A stretch of DNA of 63,999 nt, counting the filler, from Octopus bimaculoides (taxonomy: Eukaryota), in assembly GCF_001194135.2 (NCBI RefSeq). It is 5 parts of 3 records of this genome, joined end to end, with 100 filler letters (N's around TTAATTAATTAA, not from the genome) between each part and the next. Parts side by side here need not be neighbours in the genome. Positions count along the whole stretch, not along the records: positions 1 to 16,715 come from NC_068981.1; 4 more parts are not named here. The stretch is one strand, 5' to 3'. Shown here piece after piece: positions 1 to 13,359 of the stretch. How positions within the stretch are numbered: position 1 is the first letter of the stretch; every line of letters starts with the position of its first letter. The translations under genes and the position numbers were made by a program. The notes below the pieces were generated by a model. The model searched no databases. It saw only the letters and a list, made by a program, of their open reading frames with translations, and was not told the origin of the DNA.

Positions 1-24
1 ATATATATATATATATATATATAT

Positions 25-172
25 AGCGGTTCGGCAAAAGAGATCGATAGAATAAGTACTAGGCTTCCAAAGAATAAGTCCTGGGGTCGATTTGCTCGAC
101 TAAAAGGCGGTGCTCCAGCATGGCCGCAGTCAAATGACTGAAACAAGTAAAAGAGTAAAAGAGTAAAAGAGT
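25..172 (+). mobile_element. SINE family B, 3' part with (GTAAAAGA)n tail
   Basis: Near-identical to 51720-51824 (+) and 47868-47993 (-). Confidence 0.85.
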
Positions 173-1790
173 ATATGTATGTATGTATGTATGTCTATTA
201 CATTTGATTATTATGTATGAGCATCAACAGATATCAATGTATTTGTGTATGCATCTGTATATATATACACACATACACAAGCACGCGCGCATATATGTAC
301 ATCAGCCATTGTATGTTTACCTCTTGTTATACATACAAACCTTCCCTTGTCTCACTATCCCTCCCGCTATCTATTACAACTCTACTTAAGCCGTAACCCT
401 CACCTTTCTCTCGCCTTCCAACACTTAATTCTTATTTCTGCAACCGAATATATCTGCTCAAAAAATTTTAATTTCGGAAGTAAACATTACCTTTCTTCAC
501 AAAAGAGTTTATCCACTTGAAAACCCAACTGTCTATATAGAAAAATATAGACTATATATAGAATTCTCCATACATTATTAATATCACTCGTACAAACGAA
601 ATTCAATGCTAGCTCAATTGATTCTTGGTTGCACCCATTCACACGAAACATCTCAAACTGACAGTTCACTCTCTCCAATTTATTCTAAATAATTATTCTT
701 TTTAATCCCCAAAGCAGACACTCACCTCCACATACGGTAATCAGTCTCCCAGTTCACACTCCCATATGTTCAAATTGAAAATTATCATTTAATAAAAGCA
801 TATAAAGATAAAAAAAAATCACTCAATAAATGAAGTACATCATATTTCGAGTCAAATGCAGCCTCCATTGTAAAAAACAAACAAAGAAAAACATAACAAA
901 AAACAAACAAAACACATATAAAAGTCTCACAATCAGAACTTTTGATGAAATTTCTAGTTACTCTGTGAATTTCCAGTAGCTGTAAAACGATCTTTACATA
1001 TTTATCGAGTTCTTATTTTGTTTGAGGTATTCTATCTCTCTCTTACACACGCGCGCGCATATCAGCACGTATATATGTACATAGTCTTGCATATGTTATT
1101 TTGAAAAATAACTGCAAAGTAATCNNNNNNNNNNNNNNNNNNNNNNNNNNNNNNNNNNNNNNNNNNNNNNNNNNNNNNNNNNNNNNNNNNNNNNNNNNNN
1201 NNNNNNNNNNNNNNNNNNNNNNNNNNNNNNNNNNNNNNNNNNNNNNNNNNNNNNNNNNNNNNNNNNNNNNNNNNNNNNNNNNNNNNNNNNNNNNNNNNNN
1301 NNNNNNNNNNNNNNNNNNNNNNNNNNNNNNNNNNNNNNNNNNNNNNNNNNNNNNNNNNNNNNNNNNNNNNNNNNNNNNNNNNNNNNNNNNNNNNNNNNNN
1401 NNNNNNNNNNNNNNNNNNNNNNNNNNNNNNNNNNNNNNNNNNNNNNNNNNNNNNNNNNNNNNNNNNNNNNNNNNNNNNNNNNNNNNNNNNNNNNNNNNNN
1501 NNNNNNNNNNNNNNNNNNNNNNNNNNNNNNNNNNNNNNNNNNNNNNNNNNNNNNNNNNNNNNNNNNNNNNNNNNNNNNNNNNNNNNNNNNNNNNNNNNNN
1601 NNNNNNNNNNNNNNNNNNNNNNNNNNNNNNNNNNNNNNNNNNNNNNNNNNNNNNNNNNNNNNNNNNNNNNNNNNNNNNNNNNNNNNNNNNNNNNNNNNNN
1701 NNNNNNNNNNNNNNNNNNNNNNNNNNNNNNNNNNNNNNNNNNNNNNNNNNNNNNNNNNNNNNNNNNNNNNNNNNNNNNNNNNNNNNNNNN

Positions 1791-1856
<66 letters not shown>

Positions 1857-1924
1857 TATGACAGAGAAAGATTAAGAAAATCTACTTTAGTATCTGATAG
1901 TTTATCGACACCGAAGAGATGAAA

Positions 1925-2035
1925 ATAAAATTGGCCTCAGTGGGATTTGAACTCAGTGTGTAGAGAACGGGAACAAATGTCGCAAGGCGTTCTACCCCAA
2001 CATTCTAACGACAGTCTACCAGTTCACTACCTTGC
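1925..2035 (-). mobile_element. SINE family A, degenerate copy
   Basis: gggatttgaactcag (B-box, reverse strand) and ...tctaacga...ccagttcact resemble the family A head. Confidence 0.6.
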
Positions 2036-2499
2036 ATAGTTTACTGCAGAAGCCTTACCACTTCCATTGGGTAATATTCAAAATGAGTTGTTCGATAAAA
2101 CTGAAATTACAGATATCAAAGCAGACAGCTTGTTTTAAGGCAGCTCTCGCCGGCAACAGTCATTAAAAAATAACTATTATACAATATAGAGACATCGGTG
2201 TTACCTGATATTGTATCATTACCAATATGTTTTGTTACGCAATGCTGGCAACTAGTTATTTGTAAAATGATTGCAGGGATTGGACCAGTTGTTCGAAAAT
2301 CCGGCCTTTTTCACATTGTCAAAACGACTCTGAATATTGCATTAAGTATACTAATGTCTTCGGACTGATCAGCCACTTTCACTATAATACAATAAGTAGT
2401 TTCATTGTTGTTTAGCCCCAGTTCAGCACCAACCAAATAAATTTATAACCAAAGACGACAGTTCCAGCTTTCAGACACAATGAACTTAGGATCGCATTA

Positions 2500-3005
2500 T
2501 CCAGTGTTTCCGTAGGATAAATGATGATGCGTCACTAAAAGTGGCTACCGTAGAGGAGAGCGAAATAGAACAAGTAGAAAACTACATGTATTTAGGATAA
2601 AAAATAGATGTGAAAGAAAAAGACCAAAAGAAAGAAATAAAGGGGAGATTAATGTTAGGCTGGGTTTCTTTCAACAAGCACTGCAGTGTTAAGAAATCAA
2701 ACCGACAAGTTCGCCTTAAAAGAAAAAATTCTAAACTAATGCATAACACCAGCAGTCTTTACAGATTAGAAACGTGGACCCTAACAACAGCGATGGAGAG
2801 AAAACTGGCAGTGTACCAACACGAAATGTGCGATCAATGTTTAGCATAACATTAAAGACAAAAAGACAAACAAACGGGTAAGAAAACGAACGAAAGCAGA
2901 CGATGTTCTTACAAATGTAAAACGGAGAAACTGGATGTGGGTAGGACTCATCAACAAAAGGAGAGACAACCATTGCGAAAAAAATCATCACGGAACAGCG
3001 ATCGA
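2500..3005 (+). mobile_element. RTE-clade LINE, degenerate 3' ORF2 fragment
   Basis: Broken translation IEQVENYMYLG...EIKGRLMLGWVSF...LETWTLTTAMERKLAV...VRKRTKADDVL...KRRNWMWVG is typical of the RTE C-terminus. Confidence 0.75.
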
Positions 3006-4067
3006 TGACGCGCCAAAGAAGCATTATTATTGATTGTTGCGGTTGTTGAAAGTTCTTTCTGCTTTCCATAACAAGCAGATACCTCGTGTAACACTCAATT
3101 CTGTTTTTTTTTAAAATTTCATTCTACGCAATAGCTTTCAAAATAAATAATAGTCTCGAAGAAAACATAATTCTTGAGGAGAAAGAGAGAAAAACTAGAA
3201 AACTTTCTATTAATAAAAATGTTGCATAAAGTAAAGCAATAGCTTATACGTTTTACTCTATATTTAGTTCAGTGTTTTACTATTTTAACTTTAAATGCAG
3301 CAAAGATTTAGTTTTGACTTTTCAAGTTGTTAAATATCAGTAATATTCTCTTGTTCAATTAATCAACTGCAATGTTTTCGGTTGTTGAATTAAAAAAAAA
3401 AAAGAAACGGATTTAAGCCTGGTTAGAAACAAATACCGCACTGCCAGGACTTGATTTAAACAAGCTGGAGCCATGAGCCAGGGATTGGGGAACAACATGT
3501 GAATTATTCAAATGGGGTAGAATAAAAATAAAAGCAGTTGGTGGTAGTGCATACTGTCAGTTGGGTTATAAATCCCCTTTACTGTAACATTGTTGACGTA
3601 CCTGTCGAGCTTTGAATGATTTACAGAGCACCTCTTGTACTCAGCACCAATAGTAAAGCATTAATGGAACTTGAGAACAAGGGTGTTCTATTTTTGGTCG
3701 TCAAAAAGTACAAAGGGCTTCAAAAATGCACACGTAGAAGCGACAAAAATACTGTTGCTTTTTGAAACAACCTACTTTTGTTAAAATAAGATTTTCTGCA
3801 CTTGAGAAATTGAACACAAAGACCAGAAATCAATTGACTCCTGCAACTAGCATCCAAGTTGCTTTGATATCAACAAACCCTGAAGTTTGATGTTATATTA
3901 AAAACGAAACAGCATCATTTTCCTAAAGTCTAAATGACATTCTTCAGCTTTTTTAAGTAATCAATTTTGTTTATGTGCTATTTGTATGTCAGCATCTTTG
4001 ACTTTTTCCTTCGATACTCATGCTTGTGAACTGGAAAATTGATTCATAGTAATCCTTTTTGGCTTGG

Positions 4068-4152
4068 AAATTGATCCATATTAATTTTTGTGAAATAATA
4101 AATTGATCCATATTAATTTTTGGGAAATAATAAATTGATCCATAATAATTCT
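4068..4152. repeat. 32-bp minisatellite, about 2.7 copies (aaattgatccatattaatttttg...)
   Basis: Direct inspection. Confidence 0.85.
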
Positions 4153-4939
4153 TGTCAACTATTTTGTTTTTTCATTAATAATGCTTTTAAATCTAATTAA
4201 AAAATTAAAGAAATAAAATCAGTTGAACTTTGAAAACACATAAGTTACTCTGACATTAAAAACATCCTGATTTTGATGTTATATCAAAAAAATGAAGCAT
4301 CATTATTTTTCTCAAACCTGAAGTCAAAACGTTTTGAATAAAATTCTTTCGTTCTTCAATTATTTTTGTTCTTGTACTATTCATAATGTTACATTTCTTT
4401 ATTTCTTGATAACAATTGGTCCAATTGATATCTTTTTGAATATACAGTTATATGAAACAATTTTATGAGCAATACATATGTTTTTCAATCTTAGATGTCT
4501 GAAGGGTACTTTAATATCGAATGGGTTTTTGGATAATAGCTAAGGAAGATTTTTTTCTCTTGCTTTGAGCTATGGATTTCTGTAGGGACTTTAATTAGCG
4601 ATTGTCTGTAGAGAATGAATGGATTTGTCGCTTGTCACTGGCGATCTAAGTAATAGCAACCGAAAAGTTTCTGAAGCGTATGTCTGAGCAAGGTTTTTCT
4701 GGAAGACTAGTAGTTACACATGCATGCAGGTCTCTTCTCTCTACGCCACTTAGGATATCTAGGAGAAAGGCGAGGACAACATAGTTCGCTACAAGTGTCG
4801 CCGCGGGCGTTGCTGTCATGGTTCGAAGAGTTGACTGGAAGAGATATTGAAAAGCATTCCATTCATCGCTGTAAACAATTCCATCAGTCGTTCGCTCTGG
4901 ATTGGTTTTATTTATTCATTGACTAGGCAAAAATAGAAA

Positions 4940-5275
4940 TTGAATTGGGTAGAACTTGATCTGAGGACGAAGAAAGTCGGAGCAAATACCGTAAAGCAAA
5001 TCTAACTGTCGCTCTGATAACTCTGCTACTTCATCGCATTTAACAATTAGAATGCTACCCAGATATTGGTTTCTGATTTCGGCGTAAGATCAGCAATTTT
5101 AACGGAAAGGGTTCATCGATTTCACTAACACCAGTACTTAACAAGTACTTTATATTATCGACCCCTAGAGGATGAAAGACAAAGTTGACCTCAGTAGGAT
5201 TGGAACTCAGAGCGTAAAGAACTGAAACAAATACCGCAAAGCACTTTTCCGACATCCTAACGATTCTGCCAACTC
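4940..5275 (-). mobile_element. Two degenerate SINE family A copies in tandem
   Basis: gaacttgatctgag / ggaactcagagcg B-box regions; gcaaataccg and ctaacgattctgcc motifs. Confidence 0.7.
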
Positions 5276-7324
5276 ATTCAATGTCTCCAGGATACACAAC
5301 ACATCCTTGTGAGCGGGGCGGAAACGAGTGTAATGTTAATGTTTTAACTTTAAAAATATACCTTTCACTATTAGATTTCAAGTTATTCATCAGTCAAAAA
5401 TTAATACTGGAAAGTCGTTGCCCGTCAGTCATAAAATTATTGAATGTATTTAATTCTTAAGAGAAAAAGTACTTTTGTAAACTTGTAATTGTCTGAGAAT
5501 GAAATGTAATTTTCAAACGTGATTAACTGATAAAAAAATTCATAAAAGATAAGATCTATTTATATCAATTTCTAAAATTATTAATTGGATGTAAAAGTTA
5601 AAAATTTTTTTTTACATAAGAGCAAATATCACATAAATATAATAAATAATACAATCATAGGTAAAACAAAAAAGACTAATGTCGAATCTATGTAAGAAAA
5701 CAAAAAGAAAGGTAATACTTGATATTTTAGCATAATTTTAAAATAACGAAATCCTACAAAACCTGTGTAAATAATGATTTATTTCCAATAATTACGGCTA
5801 ATTTGTTAATTGTTGATAATTAGATTAAGTGAGTTAAGTCATCACTCCAATATATTGTAGTAAAATTATATCCAATAAACGAAAAGGCGAGATTTTGAGA
5901 GGCCCGTTTCAGATTGTGAGACCGTACAGCTTGTTTAGATTCTGCCTAAATCCAGTCCTGCATAGTATATATTCTAATTATAATTCTATTTTGTTTAATC
6001 CTAATTCTGTTAATTTCACTTTCGTTTGAGACGAGTTTGATATCGTTTTTATTGTAAATGCATTGAGCTGAGTTGTTATTTTACCCTGGCTTAGATCTGG
6101 TCGAAGTGATTTATGACCAAAAGTATTTCAACTGTGATCATCTCGTCTTCTTTTTCTTGAACAATGTATCTAGCTACATTATTAATCTTGTGATAAAAAC
6201 TAATGAGCCTATGAAATTATTGTGAACTTAAATGAGACTTATCAAGAGTGCTTATGACTGTTTGTTAACATATATTCGAAAGAAAGAACGAAAGTTCCAG
6301 ATTGATAAAGATAACCAGTATTTTTTTCCTGTGTACTGCACAGGCCACATATTTGGCTGCAGCTGATATAAGCAACTATATCTTTAAACAATTCTGCAGC
6401 TGATGTTACTGTTGGTAGTTTATCAGAAGTAACTCCAGAGCCTTACTGTATTTCGCTTATTGATGTTTCTGAAAGAAGACGTATGATTAAAAAAACTATT
6501 TTTGAATGTTCCTTCTACTATACCAATAAAGCACATTAGGATGGTCCCAAGGTTCGGGTTTGTTGATTTAACACCCACCTTATATATATTGGGCTCTGTA
6601 AAATGTTCTGATGTTCCGGTATGAATAATCGGCCTCAGTGGCTGGAGTAAGTTTATGAGATATAATTTGCTTCATGTGAACAGTGCAGCTAAAATTCATC
6701 TTTGGGTTATGTTTGTTGCACAGTTTCCCATATCTGTAGCTAGTGGGGAAGTGCTTAACTGTTAAACTTAGGGCGGTTTTGTTACTCTACGTAACACTTA
6801 TCGTGTACCGGGGTTGGGGATTTTTCGGTAGAACATGCTGCACCAAAGACTATAATATTTTGATAGCGTTGGTATATGCAATCTTATAGGATTATATATT
6901 CTAGATACCATAGGTTAAAGTTCACCTGAATAGAACTCGGCCTGTGCGGAGATGAAGGTATAATACAGAAATACAAAGCTAAGGAAGGAAATTATCCAAG
7001 TATTCAAATCTTTCAGTATTAAAATCACTATAAAGACAAATTTAATCATAATTTACTGGATGTTGCTCTAGATTTATGCACTATCTCATAGAAACCGTTT
7101 AGAAAGTCAAATGAAATGCTTATATAAAACATAGTTTCATACCACCTAAAAATAGTATTTAAAATCCTAATCAACATAAGGATTTCGAATCTGTCCTTTA
7201 ATAAAAAGATCTTTGATATAGCAATTCTTTACTATAACGATGCCATAAAAGTAAGTAGATTCAAGCACAAAAGACACACACGTAGATACATACACATATT
7301 CACTCACATATATACACACATACA

Positions 7325-7465
7325 CGACGGGCTTATTTCAGTTTCCGTATATCAAATCCATTCACAAGGCTTTGGTTGGATCGGTACTATAGTAGACAAC
7401 AGTTGCTCATGGTGCCTCGCAGTAGGACTGAACCCAGAACCATGTGATTGGGAAGCAAACTTCTC
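7325..7465 (-). mobile_element. SINE family B, 5' part
   Basis: Reverse complement of the 51458 copy head (actgaacccagaaccatgtg; acaaggctttggttgg). Confidence 0.8.
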
Positions 7466-7743
7466 CCTTCATTTTTCCCCTTATATTTTTCTCACTCCAA
7501 TCCAATTCTTATTCTCTCTATCAAATTCCCTCTTTAACGTCTGTCTTCTAGGAAAGTAAATAAGTAAAGAAAAAAAGTGAAACAAAAAACATGGGAAAGA
7601 AAGATAGAAAAGTCGAAGATAATTCAAAAAAGAGAATATAAAGGGAAAAGAGGAAAAACAAAGTAGAAGGCAATGAGCAAATGAAATATAAAAGATTAGA
7701 GAGGGGAAGAGAGAGATAGACATAGATATAAATAGACAGATAT

Positions 7744-7836
<93 letters not shown>

Positions 7837-9109
7837 NNNNNNNNNNNNNNNNNNNNNNNNNNNNNNNNNNNNNNNNNNNNNNNNNNNNNNNNNNNNNNNN
7901 NNNNNNNNNNNNNNNNNNNNNNNNNNNNNNNNNNNNNNNNNNNNNNNNNNNNNNNNNNNNNNNNNNNNNNNNNNNNNNNNNNNNNNNNNNNNNNNNNNNN
8001 NNNNNNNNNNNNNNNNNNNNNNNNNNNNNNNNNNNNNNNNNNNNNNNNNNNNNNNNNNNNNNNNNNNNNNNNNNNNNNNNNNNNNNNNNNNNNNNNNNNN
8101 NNNNNNNNNNNNNNNNNNNNNNNNNNNNNNNNNNNNNNNNNNNNNNNNNNNNNNNNNNNNNNNNNNNNNNNNNNNNNNNNNNNNNNNNNNNNNNNNNNNN
8201 NNNNNNNNNNNNNNNNNNNNNNNNNNNNNNNNNNNNNNNNNNNNNNNNNNNNNNNNNNNNNNNNNNNNNNNNNNNNNNNNNNNNNNNNNNNNNNNNNNNN
8301 NNNNNNNNNNNNNNNNNNNNNNNNNNNNNNNNNNNNNNNNNNNNNNNNNNNNNNNNNNNNNNNNNNNNNNNNNNNNNNNNNNNNNNNNNNNNNNNNNNNN
8401 NNNNNNNNNNNNNNNNNNNNNNNNNNNNNNNNNNNNNNNNNNNNNNNNNNNNNNNNNNNNNNNNNNNNNNNNNNNNNNNNNNNNNNNNNNNNNNNNNNNN
8501 NNNNNNNNNNNNNNNNNNNNNNNNNNNNNNNNNNNNNNNNNNNNNNNNNNNNNNNNNNNNNNNNNNNNNNNNNNNNNNNNNNNNNNNNNNNNNNNNNNNN
8601 NNNNNNNNNNNNAAAAAAAAAAAAAAAAAAAAAAAATCTCACTTCTGATAAAAAATCTCACTTCTGATAAAATCTCTCACCAATGGTACAAATCCATATG
8701 GAATACTTTAAAAAATAAACGTTTCAGACTCAAAATAGACTTTATATATATGCGGCAAAATATCTAAAAATTCTGTACTACAATATTAACGGCAATAATT
8801 CAGGAAACACTCTTACAGTCGCGACACAGAACTCACTGTAGTCTAAATTCTTCCAAAATCAAATGAAAAAGATAGCCTTCAATAATAGACATCTAATCAC
8901 ACATATAAAACATTTTATGTACTGATATCACGAATGACTTTCATATACTAATGTGAAACGACATTCACTAAAAATGCAGGTTTTCAAAATGACAACCATT
9001 TATATAATTAACATATAAATTCGCAAGCGTGGCTGTATGGTCAAGAAGTTCGATTTGATACTATGTGGTTTTAGGTGCAATCCCACTATAGTGAAAACTG
9101 GGCACATAT

Positions 9110-9645
9110 CTTAACTGTATCAAAGGCCTTTGTCAGATCGACAAAAACCTGATATAAATCGAGACCCTGTTCCACACACTTTTCCTGAAGCTGTCTAGCT
9201 GAGATCACATCAGCAGTGCCGCGTCCCACACGAAAACCAGATTGACTTTCCGGAAGAACACAATCTGCAACGTGTTTCAGCAGACGGTCCAGAAGTACCC
9301 TGCATAAAACCTTTCCTACGACAGAAAGCAATGATATTCCCCTGTAGTTACCACAATCATTCCTGTTACCCTTTCCCTTATATAAGACCACCATTACTGT
9401 ATCTCTCCAGTCTTCAGGTACAGATTCACTATCCCATATTCTGCCAAACAAGGAGTGAAGTTGCTGTAGAAGTTTCTCACCACCATGCTGCAACAACTCT
9501 GCATGAATGCCATCCATACCCGGAGACCTCCCATTATTCATCCTTGAGACAGCCACTGCGACTTCTTCCAACATAGGTGGCTCTGCAAGTGCTGCTCTCA
9601 CAGGTAATTCAGGGATGCGATTGAGAACATCCTCACTAACTATAG
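9110..9645 (-). mobile_element. RTE-BovB-like LINE, reverse transcriptase N-terminal fragment
   Basis: ORF 9086..9673: SPGMDGIHAELLQHGG...NYRGISLLSVVGKVLCRVLLDRL...LPESQSGFRVGRGTAD...RQLQEKC...FVDLTKAFDTV. Confidence 0.92.
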
Positions 9646-9719
9646 ANNNNNNNNNNAAGACAAGAAAAAACAAAAGATAACAAGGACAGTTTTAAAGGAA
9701 ATAACATCAATTAGCAACA

Positions 9720-9908
9720 TAAGAATGGAAGAATCTTAAAACAAGCCGGTTGTTTTAAATATTTGGGAAGCATCATTGCATCAGATAGGAAAAACTTCAA
9801 AAGGAATTAAGTCAAAGATGAAATAAGTCAAAGCTGCTTATAGTGAGATCAAACATATATTGTCAAGTAAGCGACCGCCAATAATAGTGAGAAAAAGAGT
9901 CCTAGGGA
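9720..9908 (+). mobile_element. RTE-clade LINE fragment (end of RT)
   Basis: NGRILKQAGCFKYLGSIIASD...KAAYSEIKHILSSK...VRKRVL. Confidence 0.7.
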
Positions 9909-9917
9909 CACTCACAC

Positions 9918-9969
<52 letters not shown>

Positions 9970-10512
9970 NNNNNNNNNNNNNNNNNNNNNNNNNNNNNNN
10001 NNNNNNNNNNNNNNNNNNNNNNNNNNNNNNNNNNNNNNNNNNNNNNNNNNNNNNNNNNNNNNNNNNNNNNNNNNNNNNNNNNNNNNNNNNNNNNNNNNNN
10101 NNNNNNNNNNNNNNNNNNNNNNNNNNNNNNNNNNNNNNNNNNNNNNNNNNNNNNNNNNNNNNNNNNNNNNNNNNNNNNNNNNNNNNNNNNNNNNNNNNNN
10201 NNNNNNNNNNNNNNNNNNNNNNNNNNNNNNNNNNNNNNNNNNNNNNNNNNNNNNNNNNNNNNNNNNNNNNNNNNNNNNNNNNNNNNNNNNNNNNNNNNNN
10301 NNNNNNNNNNNNNNNNNNNNNNNNNNNNNNNNNNNNNNNNNNNNNNNNNNNNNNNNNNNNNNNNNNNNNNNNNNNNNNNNNNNNNNNNNNNNNNNNNNNN
10401 NNNNNNNNNNNNNNNNNNNNNNNNNNNNNNNNNNNNNNNNNNNNNNNNNNNNNNNNNNNNNNNNNNNNNNNNNNNNNNNNNNNNNNNNNNNNNNNNNNNN
10501 NNNNNNNNNNNN

Positions 10513-11180
10513 AGAGGAGGCGAGAGTGGGGGAAGCAAGGGTGGCGGTCTAAACGATGGGGTGGGGGTAGGATGGGATGCATAGGGATTGTGGGGTTGGA
10601 ATGTGTAGGGGTGGGGTAATGAGGGAGGAGGTGACAATGAAGGGAGAGGGTGGAAGGGAGAAGGTGGGTAGGAGTGAAGAGAGGAGGTAGGTGCCAGAGC
10701 AAGAGAGGAGAGGTGGGTGGGAGGAAGTAGGTGTGAGAGGAAGAGAGGAGAGAGGAGGAGGGTTAGATGAAGAGGGTAGGAGAGTTGAGCCCATATGGTG
10801 CAAAGAAGCGAAGAGAGAAAATTAATTCCTGCTCACGGCGAAGATGGGAGTCCGGATAACCCCGGTGCAAGGACAATCCGAACACAGACAGTTGTAAAAA
10901 GTGACCGGTAGAACGGAAATGGTACGAGACCGGGGTGTCGTTGCCGAGTCGGATGTCTCGGAGGTGTTCCGCGAACCGGTCAGCCAAGCGGCGTCTCGTT
11001 TGACCGATGTATAGAGAAGGACAGAGAGAGCAGGTGAAAGAGTCAGTGATATGATAAGGTCGATGATGGGTGCCTGTGAGGAGGGTGGTGTTGGAGAGGT
11101 AAGGGCAAGTATGAAAGCGTGGGCGAGAGCAGGGGAACGAGCCGGGTTGGGAGGTTGGGTTAGGGAAGAAGCTGTGGACC
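10513..11180 (-). mobile_element. Penelope-like element: GIY-YIG endonuclease fragment plus pyrimidine-rich tail
   Basis: ORF 10763..11188: GSFPCSRPRFHTC...FTCSLCPSLYIGQTRRRLADRFAEHLRDIR...PVSYHF...RREQELIF...PYGLN, typical of Neptune-type PLEs. Confidence 0.85.
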
Positions 11181-11184
11181 AAAG

Positions 11185-11500
11185 CCATTATAGTTGTGTG
11201 AGTCTGAACATCAACAAGCTAGTGCCAAAGCTTAGCAATGCTACCGAGATGTGGTTCCTTAGAAGAATATTGAGAGTATCCTATGCAAGTAGAGTGACAA
11301 ATGTCGACTCCTTAGATGAGAAATGACCACCAGACAGCTTCTCAACAACATAAGGAGATAACAGGACCACTTCATAGGAGACAGTACGAGAAGAAAAAAA
11401 CTCTTGAGTGTTCGATGACACTAGAAACTAAAAGGAAGGAGGCAATGAAGACAAAGAAGATGTTCGATGGTGTTATCTTCTGGCTAAGTTGTGAGTGGGA
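11185..11500 (+). mobile_element. RTE-clade LINE 3' end (probably continues 9720-9908)
   Basis: ATEMWFLRRILRVSYASRVTN...RQLLNNIRR..DHFIG motif. Confidence 0.75.
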
Positions 11501-11553
11501 AGGCATGGAAGTCCAAATCGTTGTTGCCTGTTGGCATAACACTCGAAGAGAGG

Positions 11554-11587
<34 letters not shown>

Positions 11588-11689
11588 TAAAGAGAGAGAG
11601 AGATAAAGAGAGATAAAGAGAGAGAGAGAGAGAGAAAACGATTGCTCTCACTTATATCTTGGAAGTTTACACACCACAACTACGACACC

Positions 11690-12560
11690 TTAACACTCTC
11701 ATAAGCACCACCATTGAGGAAAATCTCAGAGCCATCAGTACCTCCTCATTTTCAAATGGTACAGACAGCAAGAAACATTACACAATAAATTTACAACAAA
11801 ATTCCCTTGGAATCCTAAATAAACCACTGATACCTCATCAATCCAATACCACCAACATTTCGTCAGACATAATATTTTTACTTCATACACCAAGCTAACA
11901 TAATCGCATGGCAAACAGTTCCCCAGATTTTCTCGACCCGCTTAACAATTATAAAAGCAGACTCAATGAAGAAAGCAAAATCCCTTTCACTGTCCTGGGA
12001 AAAAAAACACACTAGAATAAGTTATATTGAAAAAAAAAAAAAGAAAACAGAACCAAGATTTTCGGAAGTCAACAATGTCCCAATCATCAACAAAGACATC
12101 GACTGTTATCGCAGCCAAAAGACATATTCCATAAAGCAACATAAAAGATACTATCTGAAATAAACGCCAGAAATAGCAAATCTCTTAAAAACTAGAGACA
12201 ATCTCAATCACAACACATTCATGCTACACATAACCGAAATAAAACACTGCATCAATCAGCTAAAGAAAGAAAAAAATACCATACAAAAAACACCTCCGGG
12301 AAAACTGTTGTATTCGACTTAAATCAGAGTACTAACAATAAAAAAGAACTATAAAAAGTAATAAGCAGCATCAAAATAGACATCAAGGATCACACTACAC
12401 CTCATGTCACAATAACAACATCAAATAATGTATTTACATTGCAGTATCAATCAAATGCCTTTCTTAGATAGTTCTCAGAAGTCAACCATCAAAACCACAC
12501 AAAATTGAAAATACTCAAATTCCACTAAGTCACGATTTTAACCTCCTTTTCCCCGCTAGA
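11690..12560 (+). mobile_element. Degenerate non-LTR retrotransposon (Jockey/I-like) ORF2 linker region
   Basis: Strong A/C strand bias typical of a LINE sense strand with broken ORFs; RT motifs resume at 13360 after the SINE array. Confidence 0.4.
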
Positions 12561-12689
12561 CACTCGAAAAAGAAAGGAGAAAAAAAGATCACTGCACTTA
12601 CTGAAATCTATGGCTATTCGTACAGATATTGTCAAATTTCTAGAATCTAGAAGCTTGGCAAAATAATGGCTTCAAATTTTGGTACAGGA

Positions 12690-13345
12690 CCCTGCAACTT
12701 TTTATGTCGATTATATCGACTCTAGTCATCAACTGTTACTTATTTTATCGACCTTGAAAGGAAAAAGATCAAAGTCGACCTCGGCAGAATTTGAACTGAG
12801 AACGCAAAGCTTGAAGAAATACTGCTAAGAATTTTTTGTCCAGCGTGCTAACGATTCTGGTAGCTCTCTACCTTAAACTGGGTATAATAATCCTTTCTAT
12901 TATAGGCATAAGGCCTGAAATTTGGAGGAGGGGGATAGTCAATTACATTGACCCCCAATACTCAACTGGTACTTAATTTACCGACCCCGAAAGGATGAAA
13001 TGTAAAGTCGACCTCGGCGGAATTTGAACTCAGAACGTAGCGACGGGCGAAATACTTCTAAGCATTTCGTCCAGCGTGCTAACAGTTCTGCCAGCTCACA
13101 ACCTTAAAACTGGGTAAAATAATGGTTTCAAATTCTGGCACAAGGCTAGCAATTTAGTGGGAGGGGTTAAGTTGATTACATCGACCCCAATATTCAACTG
13201 GTATTTATTCTATCGACTCCGAAAGGCTGTTAAAGCAAAGTTGATCTTTGGCGGAATTTGAACTCAAAGCGTAAAGACGGACGAAATGCCGTTAAGCATT
13301 TTGCCTGGCGTACTAATGATTCTGCTAGCTCACCGCCCATAGCTG
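12690..13345 (-). mobile_element. Head-to-tail array of three SINE family A copies
   Basis: Three successive aaagtcgacctcggcggaatttgaactcagaac...ctaacgattctgccagctc units. Confidence 0.88.
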
Positions 13346-13359
13346 GGCAAAATAATAGC

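Noticed and set aside
4068-4152. 32-bp repeats (also the 17-mers at 39725 and 60743 and the 19-mer at 8633) as CRISPR-like arrays
   Set aside because: Directly tandem with no unique spacers, no cas genes, eukaryotic context.
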